A DNA stretch of 64,000 bases from Phycisphaerales bacterium (GTDB lineage: Bacteria > Planctomycetota > Phycisphaerae > Phycisphaerales > UBA1924), in assembly GCA_947459215.1 (NCBI GenBank), contig CANHCQ010000005.1, forward strand, positions 83,467-147,466, read 5' to 3'. The translations under genes were made by a program, and so were the position numbers. Shown here piece by piece: positions 39,901 to 49,202 of the stretch. The stretch's first letter is position 1; each line of letters begins with the position of its first letter. Below the pieces are notes generated by a model. It saw nothing but the letters and a program-made list of their open reading frames with translations, was not told the DNA's origin and did not search any database.

Positions 39901-40353
39901 CGAGTCGCCCTTGGGCTTTGCGATCTGCGGCGGCCGCATCTCAGATTTCCGCAACCACTCCCAGTCCTCCTCGGTCGCATCGGTGTCCGCGATCTTCTCC
40001 AGCCACACCACTGCCTTCACCGCCGTGAACTCGTACAGGCCGAGCTTCACCCGGACGTCGCCGGACAGAAACAACTGCTGCACCGAGCCGCCCGTCGCGT
40101 TGGACTCCTGGCTCCACGTCGACACCCGCGCTGCGGCAAACGACAGCTCGCCGCTGGTGGCTCGCATCGGGAAGCGCAAACCCGCGAAGTCTCGGCCAGA
40201 GAACTCGCTGGACGGCGCCGCCTTCGACGCGAATGGACCGACCTGTCCCTGGACCGTCGTGACCAGCAACGTCGTTCCCGCGGCCGCAATGAGCGCTCGC
40301 GAACGCATACGACGGGCGAATGTGGCGGCCGATCCGTGGCGCTTTAGGAACAT
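36997..40353 (-). CDS. Large outer-membrane protein, LptD (OstA)-like (LPS assembly)
   Basis: Signal-peptide-like N-terminus. OstA-like N-terminal beta-jellyroll segment (SVQQLFLSGDVRVKLGLYEFTAVKAVVWLEK). A ~800-aa region with alternating beta-strand character ending in aromatic-rich C-terminal strands. Gly-rich insertions (GGSGSGGGGGGDG). Convergent with rlmN. Confidence 0.5.
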   Translation of the reverse strand: MFLKRHGSAATFARRMRSRALIAAAGTTLLVTTVQGQVGPFASKAAPSSEFSGRDFAGLRFPMRATSGELSFAAARVSTWSQESNATGGSVQQLFLSGDVRVKLGLYEFTAVKAVVWLEKIADTDATEEDWEWLRKSEMRPPQIAKPKGDSGVYQVFVYFDRVASPVADVRVSVQANRLPVRAVIRIDRPISMTYDTFSQGRPNDPFIAEGESQLAAALRRQEGVDAEAAMDRDFPIRGPSVPVPSEARSYLPPTASQMQARAAREIGPGGDSESATFSGPIFAKDGIFTVSPGDVTLVSGETENSLLLSNGLVIQYSDSRAGRSLQLTAQRGVVFMEPRKIEDLGKLRPADVRGIYLEGDVIATDGQYTLRGPRIFYDVRKNKAVVLDAVFWTYDSQRRLPLYVRAESIRQQSSNEFVAKKAKLATSSFFEPDFSVGASTVTITRRPAQNQPEGLIPTVSGWVGGSGSGGGGGGDGASMVDAAGYGRGYQLDTDYPSQGGGGGGGAGSGSENYLDARGITLNAEGVPFFYWPSYEGTIDEPLLRDLRAESRSGSGFALKTRWNAYRLLGLKGTAFTRADLLLDAYFSRGPGIGTRLEWAGPDTRGNAFLYGLFDDRGTDVLKTGDRIKNRGDNRGLVLTEHRVDFDDNWSFFGELAYQSDATFVESFYPEMAETRREFSTQAYVRRVEDNTMFATRLKGSLNDFSTNEYQLLSQGYSVSKLPQITYLRQADPILSDWFGDIFTWTHEYDFSRTAMKLDRVQLDQRGVSNRETALRLFGILPNQTIYDNLTAQGYLPQDVYRFDTRQEVNAKLELGPVNVVPFAVGRVTGYDHKFETFARTNDVDRYRFWGSTGVNASTQIQRVDDSVENRLLDLHRMRHIIEPNATLYTSATNRKGDTLPVYDYDVEGIHKGTVGRAGVNQIWQTQRGRPGRYYSVDVFALDLNYMNASNDTELGSPVGRFLDFRPELSSFGEFGTADGSWRVTDATTLTGGSVYDIDRKEQARTSAGISFQQSPDLVTAFDYRHLNALDLTTLGANMSYRLASQYILGLSTSYDTTAGEFQAVGASVSREFQSLKLGFNVAHSVISNESRFGFVLTPKLEQARGRQPILGEQAPPR

Positions 40354-40390
40354 GGGAACAGTCTAGCGACCCGCATCCGGGCATGCATCG

Positions 40391-41833
40391 CTAGGGGGCC
40401 CAGACATTGGCCGTCGAAGTCTTCACCGGCGACACCCCGTTTGCCTTCGCCGTCCCGTTGGTCACGGGCGCGGGAATGACGGAACTGGCCACGTCGGCCT
40501 TGATCACCGCGACCGGGTTCACTTCCTTCGGGAACGCCGCGGCGCTTGACGGCGGCACCGTTACGCCGTTGAGGTGCATCTTGCCGGTCGACAGGCCTGG
40601 GAAGTGTTCGCCCTGCCAACTGGCCGGATACTTCGAGTCGTCGAGCTCCAACGCGGCCTTCGTCGGGAACAGCGGCCGGAACGTGTCGCACATCACCGCC
40701 AGCTCCTGCGTGTGCGTCGCCGTCAGGCTCGCCTCGATCGTCCCCGGATGCGGGCCGTGCGGGATGCCCTGCGGGTGGGCCGTCAGCGAGCCGATCTCGA
40801 TGCCCTTGCGGCTGCCAAAGTTGCCGTCCACGTAGTACAGCACCTCGTCGCTGTCGAGGTTGCTGTGGTTGTACGGCACCTTGATCGACTGCGGGTGGTA
40901 ATCCAGCATCCGCGGCGCGAAGGTGCAGATCACGAAGTTGTGCGCCTCAAACGTCTGGTGGATCGGCGGCGGCATGTGCAGCTTGCCGGTGATCGGGCTG
41001 AAGTCATCCGCGTTGAAGATGAACGGGTAGTAGCAGCCGTCCCAGCCCACGATATCGAGCGGGTGATAGTGATAGACGTACTCGTGGATGAGATCGCGGG
41101 CCTTGATGCGGACCGGGAAGTCGCCGCGCTCGTCGAACGTCATCGGCATCTCGGGCATGCGGATGTCGCGTTCGCAGTACGGCGCGTGCTCGAGGAACTG
41201 ACCGTTGGCCTTGCTCACGTACCGCGGCGGCGGGCCGATGTGGCTGCCGTTGGTGGTCTCGATCAGCAGGTAGCGGCCGAACGGTGTGTTCTCGATCCCC
41301 GGTCCGCCGTCGGTCGGCTTGCCGTCAGCGCCATTGACGCGCTTGTCCCAAGTCAACTTGTAGATCACGCCCTTGGGAATCACGAGGTAATCCCGCGGGC
41401 CGAACTTCAGCGTGCCCAGCATCGTGTGGCAGACGCCCGAGCCGTAGTGGATGAAGATGCACTCGTCGCCCTGGCCGTTCTTGTAGTGATACTGCATCTG
41501 CTCGGCGGGATTGCAGACGGCCATCTCGCAGTCGCTGTTGCCGAAGAGCACGACACGCCCGGTCACGAAATCGCCCTTGGGGTTCATGCGCTGGCCGCCG
41601 GTCATCACGTGGCGCATGCGCATGATGTCCTGCTCGACGTACTCGACCTTGGTCGAGTACACCGGCTTCCAGCCGTAGACCTGCGTCGGCGGATGGATGT
41701 GGTACATCGTGGTCGTCGGACCGACGAAGCCCTCGGTGCCGAAGACCTCTTCCGAATACAGGCAGCCGTCGGGCCGACGGAACTGCACGTGGCGTTTCTG
41801 GGGCAGGAGACCGAGTTTCGTGTAGTACGGCAT
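40391..41833 (-). CDS. Homogentisate 1,2-dioxygenase-family (cupin) protein with a ~80-aa Pro/Ala/Val-rich C-terminal tail
   Basis: Start ATG at 41833 preceded by GGAG. PYNHSNLDSDEVLYYVDG and GSLTAHPQGIPHGPHPG align with the HGD active-site region (PYYHRNcmSEFMGLI...GGSLHStMTPHGPD). The longer 744-aa ORF extension (to 42625) overlaps cvpA on the other strand and is rejected. Confidence 0.55.
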   Translation of the reverse strand: MPYYTKLGLLPQKRHVQFRRPDGCLYSEEVFGTEGFVGPTTTMYHIHPPTQVYGWKPVYSTKVEYVEQDIMRMRHVMTGGQRMNPKGDFVTGRVVLFGNSDCEMAVCNPAEQMQYHYKNGQGDECIFIHYGSGVCHTMLGTLKFGPRDYLVIPKGVIYKLTWDKRVNGADGKPTDGGPGIENTPFGRYLLIETTNGSHIGPPPRYVSKANGQFLEHAPYCERDIRMPEMPMTFDERGDFPVRIKARDLIHEYVYHYHPLDIVGWDGCYYPFIFNADDFSPITGKLHMPPPIHQTFEAHNFVICTFAPRMLDYHPQSIKVPYNHSNLDSDEVLYYVDGNFGSRKGIEIGSLTAHPQGIPHGPHPGTIEASLTATHTQELAVMCDTFRPLFPTKAALELDDSKYPASWQGEHFPGLSTGKMHLNGVTVPPSSAAAFPKEVNPVAVIKADVASSVIPAPVTNGTAKANGVSPVKTSTANVWAP

Positions 41834-41923
41834 GGGCGGCTCCGAAGGGAAAAGGCCTACGCGCAATGGTACACGGCAGACGCGAAATCGGTGCGACCCG
41901 TGGAATCGTGCTAGTCTGATGGC

Positions 41924-42889
41924 ATGGGGACCCAAACCACTGAGCCCACGACGACCGAGACTTCCCGGCGATGGAGGCTCACCGTCGCAGCAGCAATCGG
42001 CACGATCGCCCTGATCGCCATCGTCTTCGGCTCCCTTCCGATCAAGCTCGTCGCAGGCGTCATCGCCCTCTGCACGCTGCAAGGCCTCTGGCGCGGCGCG
42101 TCCGAACTCGTCGGCATCGTCGTGGGCATGGTCCTCGCCGTGATCCTCTGCCGCCCGATCGGGCGTGTGCTCGAACCAGCCATCGCATCCGTCACCGCCA
42201 CCGGAGGCCTCTCCGCGCGTCTGATCGCCACCGGTATCGCCGCGCTGGGTGTCGCCGCGATCGTCGCGATCGTGATTGGCGTCGCGTCCAAACGGGTGAT
42301 GAAGTCGCGCCCGCAGTTCCACGGCGTGGACAAACTCGCCGGCGGCGGCCTCGGCCTCCTCGAAGGCTCGTTCCTCGGCCTGCTCGTGCTCTGGATCCCA
42401 CTCGCCATCGAACCGCTCGCCGTCAGCCAGGTGCAACGCACCGCCGAGGATCCGAGCCTTCCCCGCAACCCCGTCGCGCAGGCTGTGGCAAACTTCGCCG
42501 GGGAAGTGCGTCAGTCCAGCCTCGGAGGCGTCGCCGCGTCCTCGAACCCGCTCGAAGGTGCCCAGCTTTTCGCGCTCACCTCCGACTTCGCCGCGGTCGT
42601 TCGTCACAAGCCCGCGTTCGACCACTTCCTCGCCAGCCCCGTGATGACCAAGATCAAGCAGGCGCCCGCCGTCCAGGACGCGATCAAGCGGCTCGAGGCC
42701 GACCCCGAACTTGGGACGATGATCCGCAACGGCAACTACGGCGCGGAGATGGTGCGGGCCATGCTGACGAGCAAGGCCCTCATGGAAGTCTTCGACTCAA
42801 CCACGATCGTGAGCGATCTCACGCCGCTCGTCGGCGATTTGCAGCAAGCACTGAAAGAGGCCCGCGCGATCGCCGACGGCAAGAAGTAA
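41924..42889 (+). CDS. cvpA: CvpA-family membrane protein (colicin V production protein-like)
   Basis: Four TM helices with the CvpA-typical VDKLAGGGLGLLEGSFLGLLVLWI segment, then a soluble C-terminal domain. Confidence 0.65.
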   Translation: MGTQTTEPTTTETSRRWRLTVAAAIGTIALIAIVFGSLPIKLVAGVIALCTLQGLWRGASELVGIVVGMVLAVILCRPIGRVLEPAIASVTATGGLSARLIATGIAALGVAAIVAIVIGVASKRVMKSRPQFHGVDKLAGGGLGLLEGSFLGLLVLWIPLAIEPLAVSQVQRTAEDPSLPRNPVAQAVANFAGEVRQSSLGGVAASSNPLEGAQLFALTSDFAAVVRHKPAFDHFLASPVMTKIKQAPAVQDAIKRLEADPELGTMIRNGNYGAEMVRAMLTSKALMEVFDSTTIVSDLTPLVGDLQQALKEARAIADGKK

Positions 42890-42900
42890 ACCGCACGGCC

Positions 42901-43608
42901 TCACGGACTGGGCAGGAACACCGTCTTGCCGTTGTCCGCATCACGTTTGCCCTGCACACACTCCACGATCGTCCTCGCCACCACCTTCGGATCGAGCGTG
43001 CGGCTCACCGGGAACGCATCGGGCTTGAACAGTGATCGCAACAGCGGCGTTTCCACCGCGCCCGGCGCCACCGCAAACGCACGCACGCCGTGCTTGCCCG
43101 CCTCGTTCACCACCGACCGGGCCATGAGATTCACCGACGCCTTTGCCGCGGCGTACGGGTACAGCCCCGGAAACGGGTCGATCGTCGCCATCGACGAGAC
43201 ATTCACAATGCACCCCCCGCCGTGCCGCTTCATGATCGGCAGCGTCCGGGCGATCGCCACGCATGGCCCGATCGCGTTCACCCGAAAAATCTCGTCGATC
43301 TCCGCGATCGAGTAGTCCTCGATCGGCTTCAGAGGCGTCGTCCCGGCGTTGTTCACCAGCACATCGATGTGCCCGAATCGAAGATCGATCGCCGCAATGA
43401 GTTTCTCGACGGCCGCGGCGTTCCCCATGTCGCAGGTCATCACCTCCGACCCCGGAAGCGATTCCTGCACCAACGCGAGCTTGACCGCGTCGCGTCCGAC
43501 AAGCACCACGGCGTACCCGAGTTCGCCGAGCAGGATCGCCGTCTCACGGCCAATACCGCTGCCCGCGCCCGTCACCACCGCGACACGTTCACTCCGAGGA
43601 AGACTCAT
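42901..43608 (-). CDS. SDR-family oxidoreductase
   Basis: ATG at 43608. TGAGSGIG Rossmann motif, NNAG, catalytic YxxxK (YAAAKASVNLMAR). The longer ORF extension (to 44583) is rejected. Confidence 0.85.
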   Translation of the reverse strand: MSLPRSERVAVVTGAGSGIGRETAILLGELGYAVVLVGRDAVKLALVQESLPGSEVMTCDMGNAAAVEKLIAAIDLRFGHIDVLVNNAGTTPLKPIEDYSIAEIDEIFRVNAIGPCVAIARTLPIMKRHGGGCIVNVSSMATIDPFPGLYPYAAAKASVNLMARSVVNEAGKHGVRAFAVAPGAVETPLLRSLFKPDAFPVSRTLDPKVVARTIVECVQGKRDADNGKTVFLPSP

Positions 43609-43622
43609 GCCCGATTCTTGGC

Positions 43623-43652
43623 GCCAAACTCGTGGGGGCGGGGCCTTCCAGG
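43623..43652. repeat. GC-rich palindromic motif (REP-like), copy 1; 24 nt identical to the motif at 52836..52864 in inverted orientation
   Basis: tgggggcggggccttccaggcccctgcgcc. The reverse complement contains ggggcctggaaggccccgccccca, exactly as at 52841-52864. Lies in the divergent promoter between the SDR gene and the ABC substrate-binding gene. Confidence 0.5.
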
Positions 43653-43704
43653 CCCCTGCGCCTGCACAGAAAGTCGGTCGCAAACTCTCCGCTAAACTCC
43701 CGCC

Positions 43705-45264
43705 GTGAACCCGCGCTCGTCCATCTTCGTCCTCGCCTTCCTCGTCATCCTCGGCGTCCCGTTCCTGCTCCGCCCAAGCGCCCCGAGCATGTCCAACGCC
43801 CGCGAAGGCGTGCCGCGGCTCGTCATCATCACGCCCCACGTCACCCAGATCTCCACCGAATTCGGCCAGGCCTTCGAACAGTGGCACAAGACCAAGTACG
43901 GCAGCGACGTCCTCGTCGACTGGCGCGGCCCGCTCGGCACCAGCGAGATCATCAAACTCCTGCAGAGCCAATACACCGCGGCAGTCCGTGGTGGCCGCAT
44001 CGCCCCCGACGGCACCTGCCCGCCCGGCACCGTCGATTACGACCTCGCCTTCGGCGGCGGCTCCTTCGATCACACCCGCCTCCGCAACGGCGAAGGCGTG
44101 ACTATTTCTGTCAAAGAAGGCGACAAGACGGTCGAGAAGCCAGTCCCCATGTCCGTCCCCGCCGGATTCCCCAAGGCCCAACTCGACGAGTGGTACGGCG
44201 AGAACAGGATCGGTTCCGGTTTGCTCTACGAGCCCGATCAGTACTGGCTCGGCACCGCCCTCTCGGGCTTCGGCATCGTCTACAACCGCGACCTTCTCAA
44301 GCGTCTCGGTCTCCCCGAGCCCGATTCCTTCGAGGCGCTCACCGACCCGAAGCTGCAAGCAATGGTCGCCCTCGCCGACCCGCGCCAGTCCGGCTCGATC
44401 GCAACGACCTTCGACGCCATCCTCAGCAACTACGGCTGGGAGAAGGGCTGGCGCATCCTCCGCGAGATGTGCGCCAACGCCCGTTACTTCACCAACTCCT
44501 CCACCAAGCCCCCCATCGACATCAGCCACGGCGAGGGCGCCATCGGCCTCGCCATCGACTTCTACGGCCGCTCCCAGGCCCAAGCCATCGCCAAGCCCGG
44601 CGAAGACCCCGCAACCGTGCGCGTCGGCTACGTCGATCCCAAGGGCACCGCCTCAGTCGATGCCGATCCCATCTCGCTGCTCCGCGGCGGCCCGAACCCC
44701 GAGATCGCCAAACGCTTCATGGAGTTCTGCCTGACCATCGAGGGACAGTCGCTTTGGAACTTCCATCGGCGGACCGCCGACACGAAGGACGGCCTCGGTC
44801 CCAAGCAGTACGAACTCCGCCGCATGCCCGTGCGCCGCGTCATGTACGAGCGGTTTCCCGATCGCCTGATCGACAAGGTCGACCCGTTCGCCATTGCCTC
44901 AAGCGTGAAGCCCGCGGGCTGGCGCAGCGCCCTGGGTCCGATGATGGGTGCCTTCGCGATCGACAACGCCGACGTCCAGCGCCACGCCTGGCGGCTTCTG
45001 AACGAGGCCCGCAACAACCCGGACTTCCCCAAAGACACACTCGCGAAGATGGAAGCGGCGTTCTACGCCTGGCCAGAAACCATCGACGCTGACGGTAAGG
45101 CCGTGGCGTTCACGGAGGCGACATTCAAAGCCGTGCGCGACATCTGGCGCAAACCCGGCGCCCAACGCCGCGCCGAGATCGCCTACACAATCTTCTTCCG
45201 CGATCGATACGAGGAAGTGATCCGCCTCTCCGCCGACGCCCGAAAACGCGCCGGGAACAACTGA
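43705..45264 (+). CDS. ABC transporter periplasmic substrate-binding protein (family 1-like)
   Basis: GTG start. Signal peptide MNPRSSIFVLAFLVILGVPFLL. ~500-aa soluble domain. First gene of an operon that continues with pyk and two permeases. Confidence 0.7.
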   Translation: MNPRSSIFVLAFLVILGVPFLLRPSAPSMSNAREGVPRLVIITPHVTQISTEFGQAFEQWHKTKYGSDVLVDWRGPLGTSEIIKLLQSQYTAAVRGGRIAPDGTCPPGTVDYDLAFGGGSFDHTRLRNGEGVTISVKEGDKTVEKPVPMSVPAGFPKAQLDEWYGENRIGSGLLYEPDQYWLGTALSGFGIVYNRDLLKRLGLPEPDSFEALTDPKLQAMVALADPRQSGSIATTFDAILSNYGWEKGWRILREMCANARYFTNSSTKPPIDISHGEGAIGLAIDFYGRSQAQAIAKPGEDPATVRVGYVDPKGTASVDADPISLLRGGPNPEIAKRFMEFCLTIEGQSLWNFHRRTADTKDGLGPKQYELRRMPVRRVMYERFPDRLIDKVDPFAIASSVKPAGWRSALGPMMGAFAIDNADVQRHAWRLLNEARNNPDFPKDTLAKMEAAFYAWPETIDADGKAVAFTEATFKAVRDIWRKPGAQRRAEIAYTIFFRDRYEEVIRLSADARKRAGNN

Positions 45265-45365
45265 ACGAGTCACACCCTGCCGGTAGCACCGGCGCCCCGC
45301 CGGTGCTCGACGTCGGACCGAACCCGTTCCGCACGCCCCAACCCTTTCCAGCCGATAAGTGAACC

Positions 45366-46931
45366 ATGACGCCCCTGAGCGCCGCTGATCCCCCGCTTCC
45401 ACGCACGCTCACCAAGATCGTCGCCACCATCGGCCCGGCGAGCGATACGCCCGAGATGGTCCGCCGCCTCATCGAGGCCGGCGTCAACATCTTCCGCTTC
45501 AACTTCTCCCACGGCGACTTCGCCGGCCATGAGAAGCGCCTCGACACCGTCCGTCAGGTCTCCGCCGAGATGGACCGCCCGATCGCGTGCCTGGGCGACT
45601 TGCAGGGCCCCAAGATCCGCGTCGGCAAGGTCGCGCCGCCCGGCATCACGCTCGCGCCCGGGCAGACCGTCGTCTTCCGCCGCGACCTCGATCTCGCCCG
45701 CACCGAGACCCGCGGCAGCGACACCGTTGTCGTCTTCCCGACCACCTACCCCGCCATGATCGGCGAGGTCCAGCCCGGCCAGAAGGTCCTCATCAACGAC
45801 GGCGCGATCCGCATGCTCGCCTGCGGCATGGACCCCAAGGGAGAAGAGCTGCAGTGTCAGGTCATCGTCGGCGGCCTCGTCACCAGCGGCAAGGGCATCA
45901 ACCTGCCGCAGAGCGCCATGTCGGCCCCCGCGATCACCGACCGCGACTGGGAATGCGTCGCCTGGTCGGTGGAGAACCAACTCGACTTCCTCGCCCTCAG
46001 CTTCGTCCGCGAAGCGGCTGAGGTGCTGGAGCTCAAAGAGCGCCTCAAATCGCTCTGTCCCACCACCCGCCTGGCCGACCTCAGCGGCGCCACCGCGACC
46101 ATTCCCGTCATCGCCAAGATCGAGAAACCGCAGGCCGTCACGAACATCGATGCAATCGTGCAGGCCGCCGACGGCATCATGGTCGCCCGCGGCGACCTGG
46201 GCGTCGAGATGGACATCGCCCGCGTGCCCGTCGTGCAGAAGAAGATCATCGCAGCCGCGCATGTCTGGGGAAAGCCCGTGATCGTCGCGACGCAGATGCT
46301 CGAGTCGATGATCGAGAGCCCCAGCCCCACACGAGCCGAAGCCAGTGACGTAGCGAACGCGATCTTCGACGGCTGCGACGCGGTCATGCTCAGCGCCGAA
46401 TCCGCCACCGGGAAATGGCCCGTGGTCGCCGTTGAGATCATGCGCCGTATCGCCGGCGCCGCCGAGGAACGCATCGCAGAGCTTCCAGCCCACCACGACG
46501 CCCCAACCAAGCTGATCGAGACGGGATACTCCACCGCAGCCCTGGCCCACGGCGCCTGGCAGATCGCCCGCGATGTTCGAGCCAAGGCCGTGCTCTGCTG
46601 GTCCGAGGCCGGCGGCACGGCGCGGTACCTCTCTCAAAACGACTTCGACATCCCGATCGTCGCGTACTCCTCGTCGCTCCGCGCGTGCCGCCGCATGGCG
46701 GTCCTGCGCGGCGTGATCGCAGTCTGCGACAAGGCCCCCGAAGGCATCACGCCGCTGCGGGACTGGAACCTCCGCGCCGACCAGTTCCTGCTCAGCCGAG
46801 GCTTGTGCAAGGAAGGCGACATCATCGTGATCGTCTGCGGCCGTCCGCTGGGCAAGACCAGAAGCGTCAACATGGTCGCGCTGCACCACGTCGGCGACGA
46901 CGACTCAGGCCTGCGCACGCACAAAGAGTGA
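45366..46931 (+). CDS. pyk: Pyruvate kinase
   Basis: TKIVATIGPAS, NFSHG, GDLQGPKIR, MVARGDLGVE, ATQMLESM. Full-length with a C-terminal allosteric domain. Confidence 0.9.
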   Translation: MTPLSAADPPLPRTLTKIVATIGPASDTPEMVRRLIEAGVNIFRFNFSHGDFAGHEKRLDTVRQVSAEMDRPIACLGDLQGPKIRVGKVAPPGITLAPGQTVVFRRDLDLARTETRGSDTVVVFPTTYPAMIGEVQPGQKVLINDGAIRMLACGMDPKGEELQCQVIVGGLVTSGKGINLPQSAMSAPAITDRDWECVAWSVENQLDFLALSFVREAAEVLELKERLKSLCPTTRLADLSGATATIPVIAKIEKPQAVTNIDAIVQAADGIMVARGDLGVEMDIARVPVVQKKIIAAAHVWGKPVIVATQMLESMIESPSPTRAEASDVANAIFDGCDAVMLSAESATGKWPVVAVEIMRRIAGAAEERIAELPAHHDAPTKLIETGYSTAALAHGAWQIARDVRAKAVLCWSEAGGTARYLSQNDFDIPIVAYSSSLRACRRMAVLRGVIAVCDKAPEGITPLRDWNLRADQFLLSRGLCKEGDIIVIVCGRPLGKTRSVNMVALHHVGDDDSGLRTHKE

Positions 46932-46960
46932 TAGGTCAGTATGTCGCGACATCGCTCGGT

Positions 46961-47043
46961 GCCATCAGTCCGCGGCTGCTCTGAGCCGCGCGACTGATGC
47001 GACTGCAACTGGGATCCCGAACCCGAACCGCATCAGTCGCGCC
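46961..47043 (+). promoter_or_regulatory. Structured inverted-repeat element between pyk and the ABC permease genes. A 10-mer (catcagtcgc / gcgactgatg) occurs three times in alternating orientation, allowing alternative hairpins.
   Basis: gccatcagtccgcggctgctctgagccgcgcgactgatgc ... ccgcatcagtcgcgcc, read directly from the sequence. Candidate terminator/attenuator or RNA-processing site. Confidence 0.4.
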
Positions 47044-47103
47044 GCAGAGCTGGCGGACGGATGGCACCAAACGAGCTCGGCCGACTCCCGCTACATTGTC
47101 CTC

Positions 47104-47970
47104 GTGCCCGCCCACCGCACGCATCACCCGCTCGCGCCCGCGGCGTTTCTCGCCCCCGCGGCCCTCGTGCTCGGTGTGTTTTTCGCCGGCTCACTCGCCC
47201 AGGTCACCTATCTCTCCTTCACCCGGTACACCGCCTTCAGCGGGCCCGACTGGGTCGGCTTCGACAACTACACCCGCTTGCTCGCCAGCGGTCGCTTCTG
47301 GGGCGCTCTCCTCAATAGCGCCCTCTACCTGCTCGTCACCCCCGCGATCATCGTGCTCAGCCTGCTCGCCGCCCTTGCGGTTGATGTCCGGCTCCGCGGC
47401 ATGTCGTGGCTGCGGCTCGCCCTCTTCCTCCCCGTCGTCACCCCCACCATCGTCGCCGCACTGATGTGGCGGCTCCTCTACAACGAAGACTCCGGCGTGC
47501 TGAACGCGGGGTTGCGGTGGTTCTGGCTCGATGGCGTCCCCTGGCTCACCGAACGCCCGTGGACGCTCATTTCCGCCGCACTGGTCACGCTCTGGAAGGG
47601 CTTTGGCTTCTACATGATGGTCTTCCTCGCCGCGCTCGCCGCCGTCCCGCGCGAACTCCGCGAGGCCGCGTCACTCGACGGTGCCAGCCGCACCCAGGTC
47701 TTCTGGAACGTCACGTTCCCCTCCATCCGCCCCGCGATCGCGCTCGTCTTCGTCATCTCCTCGATCTCGGCGCTGAAAGTCTTCGAGGAGCTCTTCGTCA
47801 CCATCAAGGGCGCGCCGATCTCCCACCAGACCGTCGTGCCGCTGATCTACCAGGTCGCCTTCGAAGAGGGCAACTACGGCATGGCCAGCGCCATCGGCAT
47901 CACGCTCTTTGTCATCATCCTCGTGTTCAGCATCGTTCAACTCAAGCTCACCAGCCGCACAGAGCCCTGA
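47104..47970 (+). CDS. ABC transporter permease (MalF/UgpA-like, carbohydrate type)
   Basis: Six TM helices with an EAA-like loop (AAVPRELREAASLDGASRTQVFWNVTFPSIRPA). GTG start. Confidence 0.8.
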   Translation: MPAHRTHHPLAPAAFLAPAALVLGVFFAGSLAQVTYLSFTRYTAFSGPDWVGFDNYTRLLASGRFWGALLNSALYLLVTPAIIVLSLLAALAVDVRLRGMSWLRLALFLPVVTPTIVAALMWRLLYNEDSGVLNAGLRWFWLDGVPWLTERPWTLISAALVTLWKGFGFYMMVFLAALAAVPRELREAASLDGASRTQVFWNVTFPSIRPAIALVFVISSISALKVFEELFVTIKGAPISHQTVVPLIYQVAFEEGNYGMASAIGITLFVIILVFSIVQLKLTSRTEP

Positions 47971-47972
47971 GT

Positions 47973-48020
47973 CCCCACTGCCCCACTGCCCCACTGCTCC
48001 ACTGCCCCACTGCCCCACTT
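47973..48020. repeat. 8-bp tandem repeat (ccccactg) x6 in the 56-bp spacer between the two permease genes
   Basis: ccccactg ccccactg ccccactg ctccactg ccccactg ccccactt. Confidence 0.7.
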
Positions 48021-48026
48021 CCCTCC

Positions 48027-48863
48027 ATGTCCTCCGCCGTCCACATGATCGACCGCCGCCCGCTCTGGAGCACCCTGCTCTGGTACGCGATCGCGGCAGT
48101 GCTCACCATCATCGCCGTGGGCCCGGCCATCTGGCTGATCGTGATCGCCTTCCAGCCCCCCGGGGGCGAGCTCTACTCCCTCCGCGGCGGATTCACGCTC
48201 GACAACTTCCGCGCCGCGTGGAACGACGGCCATCTCGCCCGCCCCCTGCTCAACAGCGTCCTCATCACCATCGCTCGTGCCGCGCTCAACGTCTTCATCG
48301 CCGCACTCGCGGCCTACCCGCTCGCCCGCATGACCTTCCGCGGACGCGACATCGCCTTCGTACTCCTGCTCGCGACGATGATGATCCCCGAGCAGGTGAT
48401 CGTCGTCCCGATGTTCCGCATGATCGTCGGTATGGGCCTCTACGACACGCTGGCCGCGGTCGTCCTGCCCTTCAGCGTCACCGCGTTCGGCATCTACCTC
48501 TGCCGCCAGGCGTTCATGGCGATCCCGGGCGAACTCGAAGAAGCCGCCCGCATGGACGGCGCCGGCAGTCTCCGCATCTGGTGGAGCGTGATCCTGCCGC
48601 TCACCGCTCCGACCCTGGTGACGCTGGCGCTCTTCAGCGTGATCGGCGCATGGTCGGAGCTGCTCTGGCCCCTGATCGTGCTGCAGAATCAGGACACGTT
48701 CACGCTGCCCGTCGCGCTAAACAACATGATGAGCCAGTTCGAGGCCAACACCCGGGCCGCCTATGCCGCGGCGGTGCTGTCGCTGGCCCCAATTCTCATC
48801 GTGTTCGCACTCGCGCAGCGGTTCCTGAAGGCCGAACTCTTCGGCGGTGCCGTCAAGGGCTGA
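48027..48863 (+). CDS. ABC transporter permease (MalG/UgpE-like)
   Basis: EAA loop AIPGELEEAARMDGAGSLRIWWSVILPLTAPT. ATG at 48027 (the repeat-encoded PHCPTAPL residues upstream in the long ORF are rejected). Confidence 0.8.
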   Translation: MSSAVHMIDRRPLWSTLLWYAIAAVLTIIAVGPAIWLIVIAFQPPGGELYSLRGGFTLDNFRAAWNDGHLARPLLNSVLITIARAALNVFIAALAAYPLARMTFRGRDIAFVLLLATMMIPEQVIVVPMFRMIVGMGLYDTLAAVVLPFSVTAFGIYLCRQAFMAIPGELEEAARMDGAGSLRIWWSVILPLTAPTLVTLALFSVIGAWSELLWPLIVLQNQDTFTLPVALNNMMSQFEANTRAAYAAAVLSLAPILIVFALAQRFLKAELFGGAVKG

Positions 48864-49109
48864 TCACCCCACTCCGAGTCCCCACACCGCTTCGCGCTCT
48901 GCGCCGCGACCTACGACGCCCTGCTCTGCCCGGAAGCCCGATCGCGTTTCACGCAAACCACCCCACGGGGCCGGCCTCACCGCCGGCCCCGCTTTCGTCT
49001 GCGCGGCCCAAGAACTGGGGCCCACGCGCTCCGCCCGACAAGACGCCGCGTCATCAGCGCGATATGCTTCGCTCAAGCGACGACCGCCCTGTGGCCGTCG
49101 CGACATCGT

Positions 49110-49183
49110 GTGCCCGTAGCTCAACTGGATAGAGCGCTGCCCTCCGAAGGCAGAGGTTACAGGTTCAACTCCTGTCGGGCATG
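49110..49183 (+). tRNA. tRNA-Arg (anticodon CCG)
   Basis: gtgcccg-ta-gctc-aactggata-gagc-g-ctgcc-ctCCGaa-ggcag-aggtt-acagg-ttcaact-cctgt-cgggcat-g. Cloverleaf with G1:U72 wobble, discriminator G, no encoded CCA. Confidence 0.8.
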
Positions 49184-49202
49184 TTGCAAACCGTTCCGCC
49201 AG

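Noticed and set aside
41834-42625. 5' extension of the HGD-like ORF to 744 aa
   Set aside because: The extension overlaps the well-formed cvpA gene on the other strand and is Gly/Asp/Glu/Arg-rich. A good RBS precedes the internal ATG at 41833.
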